A stretch of DNA of 63,412 nt, filler included, from Collodictyon triciliatum (taxonomy: Eukaryota), in NCBI GenBank assembly GCA_043381765.1. It is 24 parts of 24 records of this genome, joined end to end, with 100 filler letters (N's around TTAATTAATTAA, not from the genome) between each part and the next. Parts side by side here need not be neighbours in the genome. Positions count along the whole stretch, not along the records: positions 1 to 2,556 come from JBHJMP010008677.1; positions 2,657 to 5,212 come from JBHJMP010008678.1; positions 5,313 to 7,868 come from JBHJMP010008679.1; positions 7,969 to 10,523 come from JBHJMP010008680.1; positions 10,624 to 13,177 come from JBHJMP010008681.1; 19 more parts are not named here. One strand, given 5' to 3'. Each line of letters starts with the position of its first letter. Position 1 is the stretch's first letter. The notes beneath the pieces are model-generated. The model made no database searches, was not told the origin of the DNA, and worked only from the letters and a program-made list of their open reading frames with translations. Positions 1 through 13,277 of the stretch are shown piece after piece. The position numbers were made by a program, and so were the translations under genes.

Positions 1-124
1 CAGAAAAAACAGAAAAAACAGAAAAAACAGAAAAAACAGAAAAAACAGAAAAAACAGAAAAAACAGAAAAAACAGAAAAAACAGAAAAAACAGAAAAAAA
101 CAGAAAAAAACAGAAAAAACAAAA
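1..124 (+). repeat. (CAGAAAAAA)n tandem repeat at scaffold end
   Basis: Directly visible. Confidence 0.95.
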
Positions 125-264
125 GAAATTATAAGCATTATTCTATGATTGTTACTGGGACACCATAATTTTTTTTATCTCTTTGAACGAAATTATAACT
201 ATAATTATCAAAAGTCATTTCATAAAATCAAAAATTTGTCATTTTTGCATATTTATCACATATA

Positions 265-2290
265 GCACGCGGACAGCCCCAGGGGTGATATTCCGGGTTA
301 ATGTTGACACTTTTCAATCAGAAAGTAGTGATGTGGTTGTCTTTCCAAATAAAGAAGATGCTGTAAATACCGTTGCTTTTGTACCCGAGTACGAGCTCGC
401 AATTTGGGGCTGTAGTGGATTCGAAAGTCTAGACCCAATATCGATTCCGTTTGTTGTTATAGTCTCCGCAACTTCGCCCAAGATTGATGGTCTGATTTAG
501 TACAATTACATTATCTTGCATTGATTACACGCCACTTATTATTTTTTTGTAAAAAAATTCATGGATGTAAATACGATGAATTGAGTAACTAATATAGTGT
601 GCAATTTGTATGCCAAATTTATTGCACCGTCTTAACCCCATCCTGTCTCCTTCATCACATTATTATGCAAATCTTAGTGTCTCCCATCACGCCAACGCCG
701 GGGCAACAAGACGACAAAGGTGATGATGGCGATTCTGTTGCTGCCATACCAGTTCCCATATTCGTGGCCACGTTATTCTTATCTGTTGGTGCTGTTTCAA
801 TCGGATCCATCATATACTATCGGAGAAAAGTGTCTCGTTCAGGGTTGCTCAGCGATGTAGACCCAGGTGGTTGTCCATATATTTACACTATTTCAGATAT
901 GATTTTTTTCCCCTTCAAAATTGTATTTTAGTTCATACTAGATTTTAATGGGAAATATAATCAATAAATATTGTTTAATGAAAAATGGGTGATTTAGTGC
1001 CGTATTCTGGACCCAGTCTCCCTGTTGATTCAAACGTGAAAAAGATAGACTTTAACGAAATCGAGCTGGGTACTTGCATCGGTGTGGGGGGAATGGGGGA
1101 AGTGTACAGAGGTGTTTGGAACGGGACTGAAATAGCTGTGAAGAAACTTCACATGTCTTATCAAAGCTTGAATAACACTGCTTGTAACGATATTGCGGAA
1201 GAGATGCTTCTGCATAGGTCCTTTTGAATGCTATGATTACTGAATCTAATTTTGATATTTATGTTGATACGGACATTTTATCTTTTTACTTTATGACGTC
1301 TCTTATTGATTTGTTTGATTAACCCATGATTAGTTCGCTGAGGCATCCAAACATAATAACATTTCTGGGTGCCTGTGTATACCCACCAAACATATGCATC
1401 TGCCTAGAATATATGCCTCGGCACAGTTTGTACGAAGTGCTCCATAACCAGGTTAATTTTTTTTNNNNNNNNNNNNNNNNNNNNNNNNNNNNNNNNNNNN
1501 NNNNNNNNNNNNNNNNNNNNNNNNNNNNNNNNNNNNNNNNNNNNNNNNNNNNNNNNNNNNNNNNNNNNNNNNNNNNNNNNNNNNNNNNNNNNNNNNNNNN
1601 NNNNNNNNNNNNNNNNNNNNNNNNNNNNNNNNNNNNNNNNNNNNNNNNNNNNNNNNNNNNNNNNNNNNNNNNNNNNNNNNNNNNNNNNNNNNNNNNNNNN
1701 NNNNNNNNNNNNNNNNNNNNNNNNNNNNNNNNNNNNNNNNNNNNNNNNNNNNNNNNCCTTTCCTTTCCTTTCCTTTCCTTTCCTTTCCTTTCCTTTCCTT
1801 TCCTTTCCTTTCCTTTCCTTTCCTTTCCTTTCCTTTCCTTTCCTTTCCAATTCTATTCTGATTTATCAGCTGCCAAGATAATACTCCCTTTTTTTTTTTT
1901 AAAAAAAAAGCAACAACAACAACAATAATAATATATGGGCATTTCTTCTTTTCGTGGACTAGGCTTATTTTGCGAATTCCAAGTTTCCCTAATGAAGGCG
2001 ATTAAGGCATACCATACTCTAAACAGGTTGACAGCAACTGGAATGTAAAGGTGACTGACTTTGGAAGTGCTCGAATCAAGCAGCACTTTGCATACACGAT
2101 GACATGCATCGGAACACCGCAATGGTAGGGTTTGATGGGAATGCGAATTTGCAATAGTCTGATATATCTCTGCCGGGTATCTCAATATCCTCAAATTAAA
2201 AATGGTTAATTCAAATCGCAAAGGATGGCACCAGAGGTTATTCGTGGTGAACACTATTCGGAAAAATGTGACGTGTTCAGTTTTGGAATT
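265..2290 (+). CDS. Receptor-like tyrosine-kinase-like (TKL) protein kinase, multi-exon, partial
   Basis: Spliced exons give a TM helix (VAAIPVPIFVATLFLSVGAVSIGSIIYYRRK), then IGVGGMGEVYRG, AVKK, LRHPNIITFLGAC, VKVTDFG, GTPQW/MAPE and KCDVFSFGI. An N-gap interrupts the catalytic loop. Confidence 0.9.
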
Positions 2291-2460
2291 GTATGCGTGC
2301 CTCTCTCTTTACGATTCCAAATACGTATCGGGCAAATAATACATGCAACTCATATACTACGTTTTTAACTATAATTTTTTTACTATCCAATCTATTTATG
2401 TACTCTTTTAAGATTTTACAATTGCGGCATATCAAACATACAAGACACAAATTCACGACA

Positions 2461-2556
<96 letters not shown>

Positions 2557-2656
2557 NNNNNNNNNNNNNNNNNNNNNNNNNNNNNNNNNNNNNNNNNNNN
2601 TTAATTAATTAANNNNNNNNNNNNNNNNNNNNNNNNNNNNNNNNNNNNNNNNNNNN
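2557..2656. other. Artificial scaffold linker (N44-TTAATTAATTAA-N44); first of 23, spaced about every 2.65 kb
   Basis: An identical 100-bp spacer with stops in all six frames recurs at 2557, 5213, 7869, 10524, 13178, 15831, 18483, 21133, 23782 and onward to 60774. Scaffold lengths fall from about 2556 to 2539 bp. Confidence 0.98.
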
Positions 2657-4574
2657 TGATTATTATGATTATGATTATGATTATGATTATGATTATGATT
2701 ATGATTATGATTATGATTATGATTATGATTATGATTATGATTATGATTATGATTATTATTAGTGTGGAATATTCCCTTACTTAATGTATCAATTAGAAAT
2801 CATTTCAAGTTAAGATTTATTCTGAATTTAACCTTTCCTTTCCGACTTTTTCATAGCTACCTTTTGTCCTTCACATACTCTTTCCACCGCAACTTTCCGT
2901 TCAGCACTTACGGAGAAAACGTCTCGATTTTCTTCCAAAGTATGCTCCCACCAATTATCACAGATTGCATTTCCAACATGCTGCATACAATTTGCGATTC
3001 TTCGATTTACTATCAAATACAATTTGATATGTTCTTCTGCTAAGCCTCAACAACTCACTAGAATATATGCCTCTTTTATTTCATCTTTTGTCGTGATTCT
3101 GCGAGTGTAACTCCTTTTTTCCCTCCATCCTCTACTAGATGCCATTATCCTCCTTTTGTTTGCTCACTACGATGGAAAACAACGTGCCTATGCTCTTTTC
3201 TGGCTTTTCTTATATCCAGAAAACTTATGAACCAGTTACCTCAAGCACTTGCTTTTTTAATCAGCTTTGATAGATATTTATTCACAATCGTTTGTATCAA
3301 CGATTGAAAACTTAACAAGTATACAATCTCCGCCTCGTCCGGATTTTTGATTCTGAGCAACCCTGGACCTCTTCTTGATTATTTGAAAGTAAGAGTTCTA
3401 AACTCACTTAGTTTGTGGTTTTATAGTGGTTCTATTATATCATGATATGAATTTTTTTCTTGACCTGTAACGATCTTATTTAATTCGTAATAATGTATCC
3501 CACCATGAAATAATAACTAAAAGATGCCCATCAAACGGCCATGCTACCATCAATAGATTACCACGATTGCCATCTTCACGATGAGCAAACTGCCCCAAAT
3601 CATCACAAACTTTAGGGTACTTGCTCACTGATTTTTTTATTTCTTGATTTTATAAAGGCAATATGTGTACATATATGGGAAAACATCTTCAGGATGATTG
3701 TAATTGCGACCTGCCTCCTAACTTAAATCTATACAGAACAAAGACACCGGACAACTCAGCGCCATCACCTCTGCCATGAATCTTTCAGGGTCTCTTGGTG
3801 AGCATTGCCGCTCAAATGTTTGACTATTACAAAGCCAACAAAGGACATGCCGAATGAAAACTCTCGCACTCATTTTTTTTTTTATAAGTTGCAAAACATA
3901 AATTATCTAAAATGTAGCACGAGTCTTCACCACCATCCAAGAGGTACAGGATAGCAAAGGTGGGTGACTTTTTTTCTTTTCATGTCTCTTTTATTCTTAT
4001 TTTGAATTAGTCTTGCCCAAAAGGAATACTCAAACGCCCTTCTTGCATTAGAACTCGCTGGTTATGTCCTTGCTTCCTTCTTCAATTTTATTCTGGTAAG
4101 CATCGCCTTCCTTTTTCCTTTTCCTTTTTTTTTGAAAAGCTATGAGTTGTAACACACCAGGCAATAAATATCGACTAACAAACGTGGCAATGCTCTTCTT
4201 CAGATGCTCCAAATCATCTTATACTGGACCAAAGTTGCAAAGAAGACACACCAAAAAAGCGATTAAAGAGCCCCAACCAAGCCAAAGCTGAACCGGACAA
4301 AATTAACAAGCCATTCTTTTTTTCAGAATAAAGTGCAACGATTCAGCAAATAATGATACTTTTTATACTTTTTTTTAACGTAGCAGTCACACGAAAACAA
4401 CATCAAAAACAAACAACAAACAACAAACAACAAACCACCGATGGTCTTGAGTTGCCTCTGCTTTCTTGATTCTTTTCTTGATTTTTTTTTTATTAGACTC
4501 CAACTCACCTTGCTCTTTCCTTCTTTTTTTTTTTTTGACGAGTGCGCTGACTTTTGGAAGCATAATGGGTGCGA

Positions 4575-5092
4575 TTAGAGGCTCGATTTTGGTGCAAGTT
4601 TCTTCTTCATGGAGCTGTACTCCATCAGTGCAATCGCCTGGCGGTGAACCTATAATCATTTCTCCCAATCAATTATAACCTTACACCAATAGCAATAATC
4701 ACCCTGATATCATCGTATATTCCTGATTCTGTTCCTTCTGTCCAATACAGAAGCGGCGAATATACATTCATGAATAAACTCAACTCAACTCCACGATATA
4801 ATCTAAAAGAGAGAAACGAAATGAAATAAACCTCGTCTGGTCCATCAGCAATGCGAAGTGTGCGTGCTCCTGCGTAGGCTCGAGCGAGGAAAAAGTCGTC
4901 GGAGACTCCTATGAAAAAAACGAAAAAACGGCGATGGGAATGATTGCGAGAACTGAGATTTCGACATGCGTTTTAATAGTTCATACCGGCTCCTCCGTGG
5001 GCTTGAATGGCTCGGTCAATCACTTGTGTTGTCATGAATGGTGCAACCACCTTTATCATCGCGATTTCCTTACGCGCAAGTTTATTGCCAAC
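4575..5092 (-). CDS. Acyl-CoA dehydrogenase (ACAD10/ACAD11-like), last three exons
   Basis: [58 protein letters not shown]...PKSSL* across GT-AG introns. Confidence 0.9.
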
Positions 5093-5442
5093 CTGAAAAG
5101 ACAAAAAAGGAATAAAAAAGGAATAAAAAAAGGAATAAAAAAAGGAATAAAAAAAGGAATAAAAAAAGGAATAAAAAAAGGAATAAAAAAAGGAATAAAA
5201 AAAGGAATAAAANNNNNNNNNNNNNNNNNNNNNNNNNNNNNNNNNNNNNNNNNNNNTTAATTAATTAANNNNNNNNNNNNNNNNNNNNNNNNNNNNNNNN
5301 NNNNNNNNNNNNTAATCAGTTATCCGGACATAGCTTAACATATTTGTATTGTTTATAACATTACTTGATGAGCTCTACTCGTCCGCCATTATTATTTTAC
5401 ACAGTGTAGTTCATTTTCCATATTGCTTCCATATATATTTAG

Positions 5443-7045
5443 GGTTCACTACGATATTGCAGTCTGGGAGTCCACCAAGGCCATAAATTGAGTCGTAGAG
5501 ACGATATCGAGTCTCTGTGTTATGTTTTGCTTTTCTTGTATACAGGGCATTTACCCTGGCAGTCCCGACCAAGTAAGAATTACAAAGCTAACCTATCAAA
5601 TGTCGGTAAAATGAAAAGCACAGTCGACTTTAAGAAAATCTGCCAAGGAATGCCCGTTTTATCAGAGTATAAATACATCATGATTATGATACATACATAC
5701 GTACGTATATATATATATTTAGGTATAATGATTGCGTTTTTCATAAAGAAAGATTGAAATAATCTTACGTACAACGCTGTCAAATTCACAGGACTATCTA
5801 TCAAATGAGGAACTTATCATTCAACGAAACACCTCCATATGATGAAATCGTTGCCAAGTTTGACAAGGTTCGAAAAGCATCACGTTCGTATCAATTACAC
5901 GAATTTCGAGAAAGTAAGATACTGTATTTGTGGATTTGATAGAGTTGTATGTTTTTGTCAATATTTTTTAATATTTTTTTCATAGGAGTTAAATAACCAT
6001 GGATATGTGGATGACGGTCGGTTTGATTGGGCAGATTCGCTAGATATACAGCAAAATATTGCCTCCAGCAAAGCCAAATGGAGTGATTCATACAATAAAA
6101 TATGCCGTAGGAAATGGTTAGGTTCCATAGATAACCTATGCCCACCAAATATCATGGAAAACAATGGCATGGTTGATATAATCGGAAAAGTGGAAAGTAC
6201 GTTCAACAATACCAACAAACAGTTCTTCAGTTGGGAAAGGATGGTGGAGTTTCTCATACAGAGAGAGAAGAGCAGTTACCATAGATTAATCGGGTCGATT
6301 GCTTTGGCGGACCCTCATTCAACCCCATTAACTAGCTCAGACTTGGCAGATGTTCGAATAGATGTGCAGATGAGCCAAAATCCATACAAGTTGCAACAAA
6401 AATACGTCTTGTTGAGAAATCGGGGGGATTACATGGTCAAGCAGGTTCGAAAGGAATATCTGCAAGGGTTCGTACCAGTTTATAGTTTCTCCCTTTCCAT
6501 TTCCCATCCTTGCAAGAAAGATTATGTCTACTGAAACAAGGAACCATTTTATCACGAATGACTGAGATTTTTTAAGTGTTAACCAGACTAAATATTTTTA
6601 CACAATCACAAATAATCTTTCACGTGATAATAAATCCTGCAGGTTTATCCTATCAACGATGGTAGCATTTCCGCTCAACGAAACCGTCATCAGTGTCTTT
6701 TCCGAAAACCTGATAAATCGCAAAAGCAGTTTTATTCACTCAAGAGTATTTCCTTTCATCTGGGTTGAGTGCCAATGGCGTCGGAAAAGGTTTGTTACGG
6801 CGATGACGGGAAACAGCCAAGGATTCTATATTTCAATGACCAACTACCCATGCATCCAGCAGCAATTTATTATCGAGTCCAAAAAGGCCCTGCACCAATC
6901 CGATATACAATCTACTCTGCCAGCAACTGCGATTCTAACACACAGAGTGTTTTCGAACGGTGTATTTGTGCATGTATACTCCGAACCAAAGAAATGCAAG
7001 AATCATGTAGCTTTAGCTTCGATATTAACCATTCTTCCGTTCTAA
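5443..7045 (+). CDS. Casein kinase 1 family kinase (C-lobe) with long C-terminal extension, partial
   Basis: GSLRYCS..H....SRRDDIESLCYVLLFLYTGHLPWQ, YQMRNLSFNETPPYD and GYVDDGRFDW are CK1 signatures. The 3' exon structure is uncertain. Confidence 0.8.
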
Positions 7046-7692
7046 TTTTTCTTCATAGCTATTTCAGACACCAAAGAAATATTTCGATAATGTAAAATTG
7101 ATTTTTGCGCCGTATTGGAAATTATAATGTTTATTACTTTTTTATTTTATTTTATTACAGGAGGCTATGCCGTGGAGGTTGTTTTCATGAGTGCGTTCAA
7201 ACCAGCTTCATTCGGAAGTATTCCAGGCAAATATGCAAACATAAAAGATTGCCCTTGCCGCAACTGAAAAGTTGTGGGCGATTCTGTCAACGAGTCAAAA
7301 CAAATCAAAAGGCAGAAAACATACCATAAAATCAGAATAATACTGCTTATTCATGTCTCACTTGATCAGATCCGATGCATTTATTTTGTTTTGAAGAACA
7401 GCAGGTTCTGTGTTTAATCTCTCAAGGAAAAAAAAGAAGAAAAAAACAGCAGTAAAAAAAAAAAAATAATCCTTTGGTAAAGTAACAGCATTACGACCCG
7501 AATATCAAATCCTCTTCGTTGAATGACGCCGAAGCAGTCGATGGAGGATTTGAGGAAACATGAGAGTGTGAGCTCTCTAATGATTGAGATGTGTTTCTCT
7601 GTGTCTTTTGAGAGCGCTTGGCATTTCTACTTTGCTGGCCTGTATGCAGCAGGATTTTAGGGATAGACATTCAAAGATAGGTATACGTAACA

Positions 7693-7790
7693 CAAAAGAC
7701 AAAAGACAAAAGACAAAAGACAAAAGACAAAAGACAAAAGACAAAAGACAAAAGACAAAAGACAAAAGACAAAAGACAAAAGACAAAAGA
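7693..7790 (+). repeat. (CAAAAGA)n tandem repeat
   Basis: Directly visible. Confidence 0.95.
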
Positions 7791-7968
7791 AAAAAGAAGA
7801 AAAAGAAGGGGATAATAAGATAAGAAAGCAAAAGAAGAATTGGATGGTTTCATTTGCTTCACCTGGCGNNNNNNNNNNNNNNNNNNNNNNNNNNNNNNNN
7901 NNNNNNNNNNNNTTAATTAATTAANNNNNNNNNNNNNNNNNNNNNNNNNNNNNNNNNNNNNNNNNNNN

Positions 7969-10290
7969 ACATGGGCCTGCTGAATCATGCTGACGTCGTT
8001 TCCTCCATCGCCGATGGCAAGGGTCATGCATCCTATATCTTTCATCAAAAGCACAACCTAAAGCACACAAACGTAGATAAATATTTGGCTCTTTAGATGA
8101 AAGTGGTTGAGTAGAGACTAGCGTTTGATAATTCGCATAATTTATGTCCTTTTCTTCTTTTCTTTTTTTTCTTTTTTTCCTTTTTGGTGATATCATTATT
8201 CATATCAACAAAAAAAACTATCTTTACTTGTATCTTAACCATTCAAATATATGTCTTTTATTAAATACCTCTGCTTTTTGCTTTGGAGTGACTCTGCAGC
8301 ATATGACCGCATTAGCACTCACACACACTTGAAGAAAGATAGATTTCATGCTCACATCGTGCAACACAAATTGGAGGGATGTGCCGTCAATAACAATTCC
8401 ATAATCCTTCAATAAAGAGAAATAGAAATTTTATCAGACATTTGCTACTTTCACGAATGAGATGAGGTATTCAAGATAAATGCACATTAATCAATTGTAA
8501 ATGTGACAGTTTGCTATAGAATGAGAATATGCTGATTTGAAGATGGAATACATTCAGTTCTGAATTCCTCTTATCAAATTGGCTTTCAAGAATCGTGCGG
8601 ATTTCGTCTTGTGATTGCCCCGATATTATAATAGCTCTTTCACCTGTCGATAGAAAATCGAAAAAGATGTAGCATCAATGAGGTGAAAAGTAAAAATCGA
8701 GAACGCAACGAAAGCCGGGGGGAAAAAGGAGAGTAATATCCAAGTCTGTATGTGTGTATAATAAAAAAATCATCGAGGAGAACAAGGATTTATTGTCATG
8801 AGCGAATAAAAATCATGAGTCAAACTCTGGTTCAAGAGGGAGCATGATTTCGCAATCTGCAGAGCCGTGGACAATTTGTCCCCTGTGAGCATCCAAAAGA
8901 CTAATCCCGCTTCTCGCATGGAGTGTATTGTATCTGCAACTCCATCCTGCAGCTTATCTTCAATTGCAGTCACACCATCCAAGACCAAATCCCTCTCAAT
9001 TTCAAACCGTGATTCCTGAATTGCCTCCTAAAAAAATTGATATAAAAATAATGAAGGTGCGAGTTCCGTAATATACTAGTAATAATCATATGGAACCCCT
9101 CGCAAAGTAAAAGAAATGAGCAAGAGAGCTAGTACCATTGGGAGCGGTTATATTAGAAGAACGAAAAGGGTAGTGATGGAAAATGAAAATGATATCACAG
9201 TCACGTTGACAGGATCTACAGATTAGAGGCAACCTTGATAAAAAGCGAATCAATTGCAAAATACTCACGTCACGGTTTTCCATTTGTGAATTTCTCAGAA
9301 CAAATCGAGGAAACCATTGGTCATACTCCTCCAAAGAAATAATTCGATGTGCAACACACAAAGTGCGCAACCCGTGCTCTGCAAAACTGTTGAGGACAGT
9401 CCGGGCAGGGTCAACAAACTGTATTTGATCTACGATACACAATTTTTAATGATTTGTATTTAATCCTTTCATCCATTACAAAATGTGTGTATCCGACAAA
9501 CTTGTAAGTGAGAGTAGGGATAAAGAAGACAAGAAAGAAACACAAGGAATTTAAGCTATTTTTTTTTGAAACCTTTGCTTAAAAGTTTAAAGATGGCTTC
9601 ATCGGCCCCCTTCGTAAACATGCGAATGGCATTTGTCCTTGTGTCCCTCAATATCACTGACATGCGCTTCAAGTCAGAATTGAAGTCGAATATGTGCAAA
9701 AGTTCATACTTCTGAATGGAACCATGGACGGATATATCTGTCCGATATGATTTGGAATATAGATGTATATATGAATTTAGTCAAGAATTAATTGGAATAA
9801 TTTCTATTCTTCTAACGCTACGATTCGTGTACTCAAACAATGCACAAAACATTAGTTCATTTTTTAATCATCGCATTTTTTCTTCAAATTTAAATAATAA
9901 AGCCATAAGAAAAAATCGAGTGGAGGGTGATAGGAAAATAATATGGAATGTGTCAGCATTTCTGGTTTACCCATGCTTTGGTTCGTTCTAGCTTCAAGCG
10001 AAATTCCAAACTTCGCGGCTGTTTGAACCAACTCCTCTTCATCTGGTGATGATGCACAATAAAGCACTCGACCATCTCTATGGAAATGAATGCGATAAAA
10101 AAAACTTAGTGATATAGTATGAGTCCTGGCAAGCTTGAAAAGATCATTTTGGAAAAAAAAAATTACTTGATACTATTCAGTTTACAAAATAAATGGATAT
10201 CAGGATAAATACTATTCATTTACTTTCTTTCAGGAATGACTGAATTGCACGTTGCGAGTGCCAGAAAAAGGTCAGTTAATTTTTGATTTT
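7969..10290 (-). CDS. P4-type ATPase phospholipid flippase (ALA2-like), internal exons
   Basis: YCASSPDEEELV, FNSDLKRMSV, FTKGADEAI, GLRTLCVA, TAIEDKLQDGV, FWMLTGDK, CCRVTPKQKA, LAIGDGGNDVSMIQQAHV. Confidence 0.93.
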
Positions 10291-10875
10291 GTGTTATCAA
10301 ATCAATAGAAAGCGGTAATGGTAAAGATAGTTAAGGGGACATAAACAGAGAATGAAAAAATAACAGCTACATATGCTTTTTTTCTTTCGTTTTGTATGCA
10401 TGTATGAATGTATGTATGTATGTATGTATGTATGTATGTATGTATGTATGTATGTATGTATGTATGTATGTATGTATGTATGTATGTATGTATGTATGTA
10501 TGTATGTATGTATGTATGTATGTNNNNNNNNNNNNNNNNNNNNNNNNNNNNNNNNNNNNNNNNNNNNTTAATTAATTAANNNNNNNNNNNNNNNNNNNNN
10601 NNNNNNNNNNNNNNNNNNNNNNNTTTGGCATCCAAATGATACTTCCACTAATCAACACTCAACTGTTACAAGTTTGAATCTTACTTTCTTTATTCTTTGT
10701 TTCTTTGTTTCTTTGTTTCTTTGTTTCTTTGTTTCTTTGTTTCTTTGTTTCTTTGTTTCTTTGTTTCTTTGTTTCTTTGTTTCTTTGTTCCTTTGTTCCT
10801 TTGTTTCTTTGTTCCTTTGTTTCTTTGTTCCTTTGTTCCTTTGTTTCTCTTATTGAACTCATCAAATTGTCATAG

Positions 10876-12452
10876 TACCGAAAGGTATGTGAAAAATTCT
10901 TCAGTATCATAACTTGTGCCTTGGAAATCTACCCCGAAAGAGTTGCTACACTGCCCATCGGCTTATTTGATGGAATCGTCTCGGCAATTGAGTTCGGATT
11001 ACAAATGTAAATGGTTGATTCTGAAAGTCCAATGTCCCGTCTATTCTTGCTCGCCTGAATTTTACATTGGCTATATCTACCATGTTTATGGTGATTTAGG
11101 AAAGACCCCGAGCCAGTCATGCGTTGCATGGAATCCATTTCTGGTCTGGCACGGTATGCGTTTATATCCAAGACACCAGGTTTGACTGAATTCCTCGTTT
11201 TGTTTTGTTTTTCTTCGAATGATTATTAATACTGGCTTTTATTTGTTCTCTTGTTGTCTTTTTTTCCTATATTTTTTTGTTGGAACTGTTGGAATTGTTG
11301 GAAGTAACTGGTGTTGCAGTTACTCATAAAACGTGGTATATATATATTCAAATTCATAATTAACTGCAGATGGAACGCATGGGTTGCAGACGCAACTATC
11401 CGCAAAGCCGAATGTAATATATACATGATTGTTGAATATAACTATTCTGCAAGCATAGTTTCTCAATCTTGTAATTACAAAACACGCAGGGGAGATGCCT
11501 AATTTTTTTTCTTTATTGAAACCCAGCTTTTCTCCTCCATGCTACATTTTTTGGTGAATCATATGCTTTACAGAGGTATACCTTTTCTTGCGCAATATTT
11601 TTTTTTTACAGCTGGTGTGTAATTTGAAGAGAAAAGAAAACCGGAGTTGATTTTCTTCTCCACACAACCCAGTTCTCTTTAAAATGATAAAAATGTGTGA
11701 AGGCGAGACTATGTTTTTTGCACATAATTTAATTGTAGTAACCAAATGCAAACACATAGATTTCTCAGAGGAAGTGAATGATACAGCATCAGACGCTATA
11801 TTTTTGCTTATTTGTTGCGAGCAGGTCATTGCAACCATTTTTTTATCTTTCTCGTATTCGCTTGTTTTGTTGTTTTGTTTTTTGCTTGCTTGCTTGCTTG
11901 TTTGTTTGTTTGTTTGTTTGTTTGTTTGTTTGCTTGCTTGCTTGTTTGTTTGTTTGTTTGTTTGTTTGTTTGTTTGTTTGTTTGTTTGTTTGTTTGTTTG
12001 TTTGTTTGTTTGTTTTCATTTTTCACGAGTACCTTGACAAAGAAAGATAAAAGAAGCAAGAAACAAGAAACCCCACTCATCACGCCAACAGGAAACCTTC
12101 AAGGTCATTTCAAGCCAGCTTATCCTACAGCAACCAACACCAGACCTCCAGCAACGCCTGTCCATGGCTTTTGCTGCTTTGATGGACGTCGGCATCTTCA
12201 GTCCGGTACGACTTTCCATTCTGCAGGCGAATAGACGCCAACATTGCGCATGTACACTTGATTGATTCTCGCATGTTTTCTCGCATCTGCTTCGTACAAA
12301 CAGTGCGCTTTAAAAGAAGGGTAGAGATGCAGTCTAATCGAACCTATCAACCCCTTCTTCACCAGGCATCCGAGCGTCAGGGCCGAATGAAGTTCCGCAC
12401 AAACATGATGCGGTTCCTGGTCGAAGTCCGCAGCTTCCTCAATTACAAATAA
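10876..12452 (+). CDS. XPO4: Exportin-4-like, C-terminal exons
   Basis: Spliced translation YRKVCEKFFSIITCALEIYPERV..IEFGLQ..DFSEEVNDTASDAIFLLICCEQ..LQQRLSMAFAAL..KFRTNMMRFLVEVRSFLNYK* follows the exportin-4 C-terminus as I recall it. Confidence 0.8.
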
Positions 12453-12694
12453 ATTACAAATAAATTACAAATAAAAGTAAACTAAAAAAAATAAAAAAAC
12501 GATGCAAAACAAGCAAAGAAGGAAGCAGGAGGAGGGAAGAAAGAAGATGTCTCCCTTCCTTTCCTCTCTGCGCTGCCCTGGCATTCAATTCAGAATGTAT
12601 TCAGAAAAAGAGAAGGAAGAAAATCACACTATTTATAAACGTCAAAACGGAGGGTAGCAAAGAAATCAAGGCGAAAGGTTAGTGTGACAGGTGT

Positions 12695-13105
12695 TCAATT
12701 CGACGAGCCGAAGTGGGCCAAATCCTCACAAACAAAGTTGAAAGCCTTTTTTTTGATCGAGTCTGTGAGTGAAGAAGAGGAAGAAGATGGAGGAGGAGGA
12801 TTTGTGTTTGTGTTTGTGTTTGTGTTTGTGTTTGTGTTTGTGTTTGTGTTTGGTTGAATAACAGAGGCGAAGGAGTGGGCCGAAGCAGAACCGGAGGCTC
12901 TGCGCAGAAGACTCGGCGGAAGCGATGATGAGTTGAACGAGCCGTGCGGAGAACCGACGGGTGAGGACGGATGCGAGTGGGCTCCTTCGCTTGCAGAGCC
13001 TGATCGGTTGCGTGTGTGTTGCGAGCCGCTGGGAATCGGGACGGGTGCGGCGGGGGCTGCGTTGCTGATTATTGTGTTGGCTGAGAGTGGTAATTGGAGT
13101 TTTCG
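12695..13105 (-). CDS. 3' terminal exon of an unknown protein (Ser/Pro/Asn-rich low complexity)
   Basis: Stop-free GC-richer frame LPLSANTIISNAAPAAPVP...NTNTNT...KKAFNFVCEDLAHFGSSN*, convergent with XPO4. Confidence 0.45.
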   Translation of the reverse strand, partial: RKLQLPLSANTIISNAAPAAPVPIPSGSQHTRNRSGSASEGAHSHPSSPVGSPHGSFNSSSLPPSLLRRASGSASAHSFASVIQPNTNTNTNTNTNTNTNTNPPPPSSSSSSLTDSIKKKAFNFVCEDLAHFGSSN

Positions 13106-13277
13106 TATACTCTTTTTTTTTTTTTTTTGGCTTTTTTTTTTTTGGGTTTTTTTTTTTGGGGGGTTTGTTTTTCCGTTNNNNNNNNNNNNNNNNNNNNNNN
13201 NNNNNNNNNNNNNNNNNNNNNTTAATTAATTAANNNNNNNNNNNNNNNNNNNNNNNNNNNNNNNNNNNNNNNNNNNN

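Noticed and set aside
2601-2612. TTAATTAATTAA recurring at regular 2.65-kb spacing, like a repeat array
   Set aside because: It is always embedded in N-runs and is an artificial six-frame-stop linker, not CRISPR or a biological repeat.
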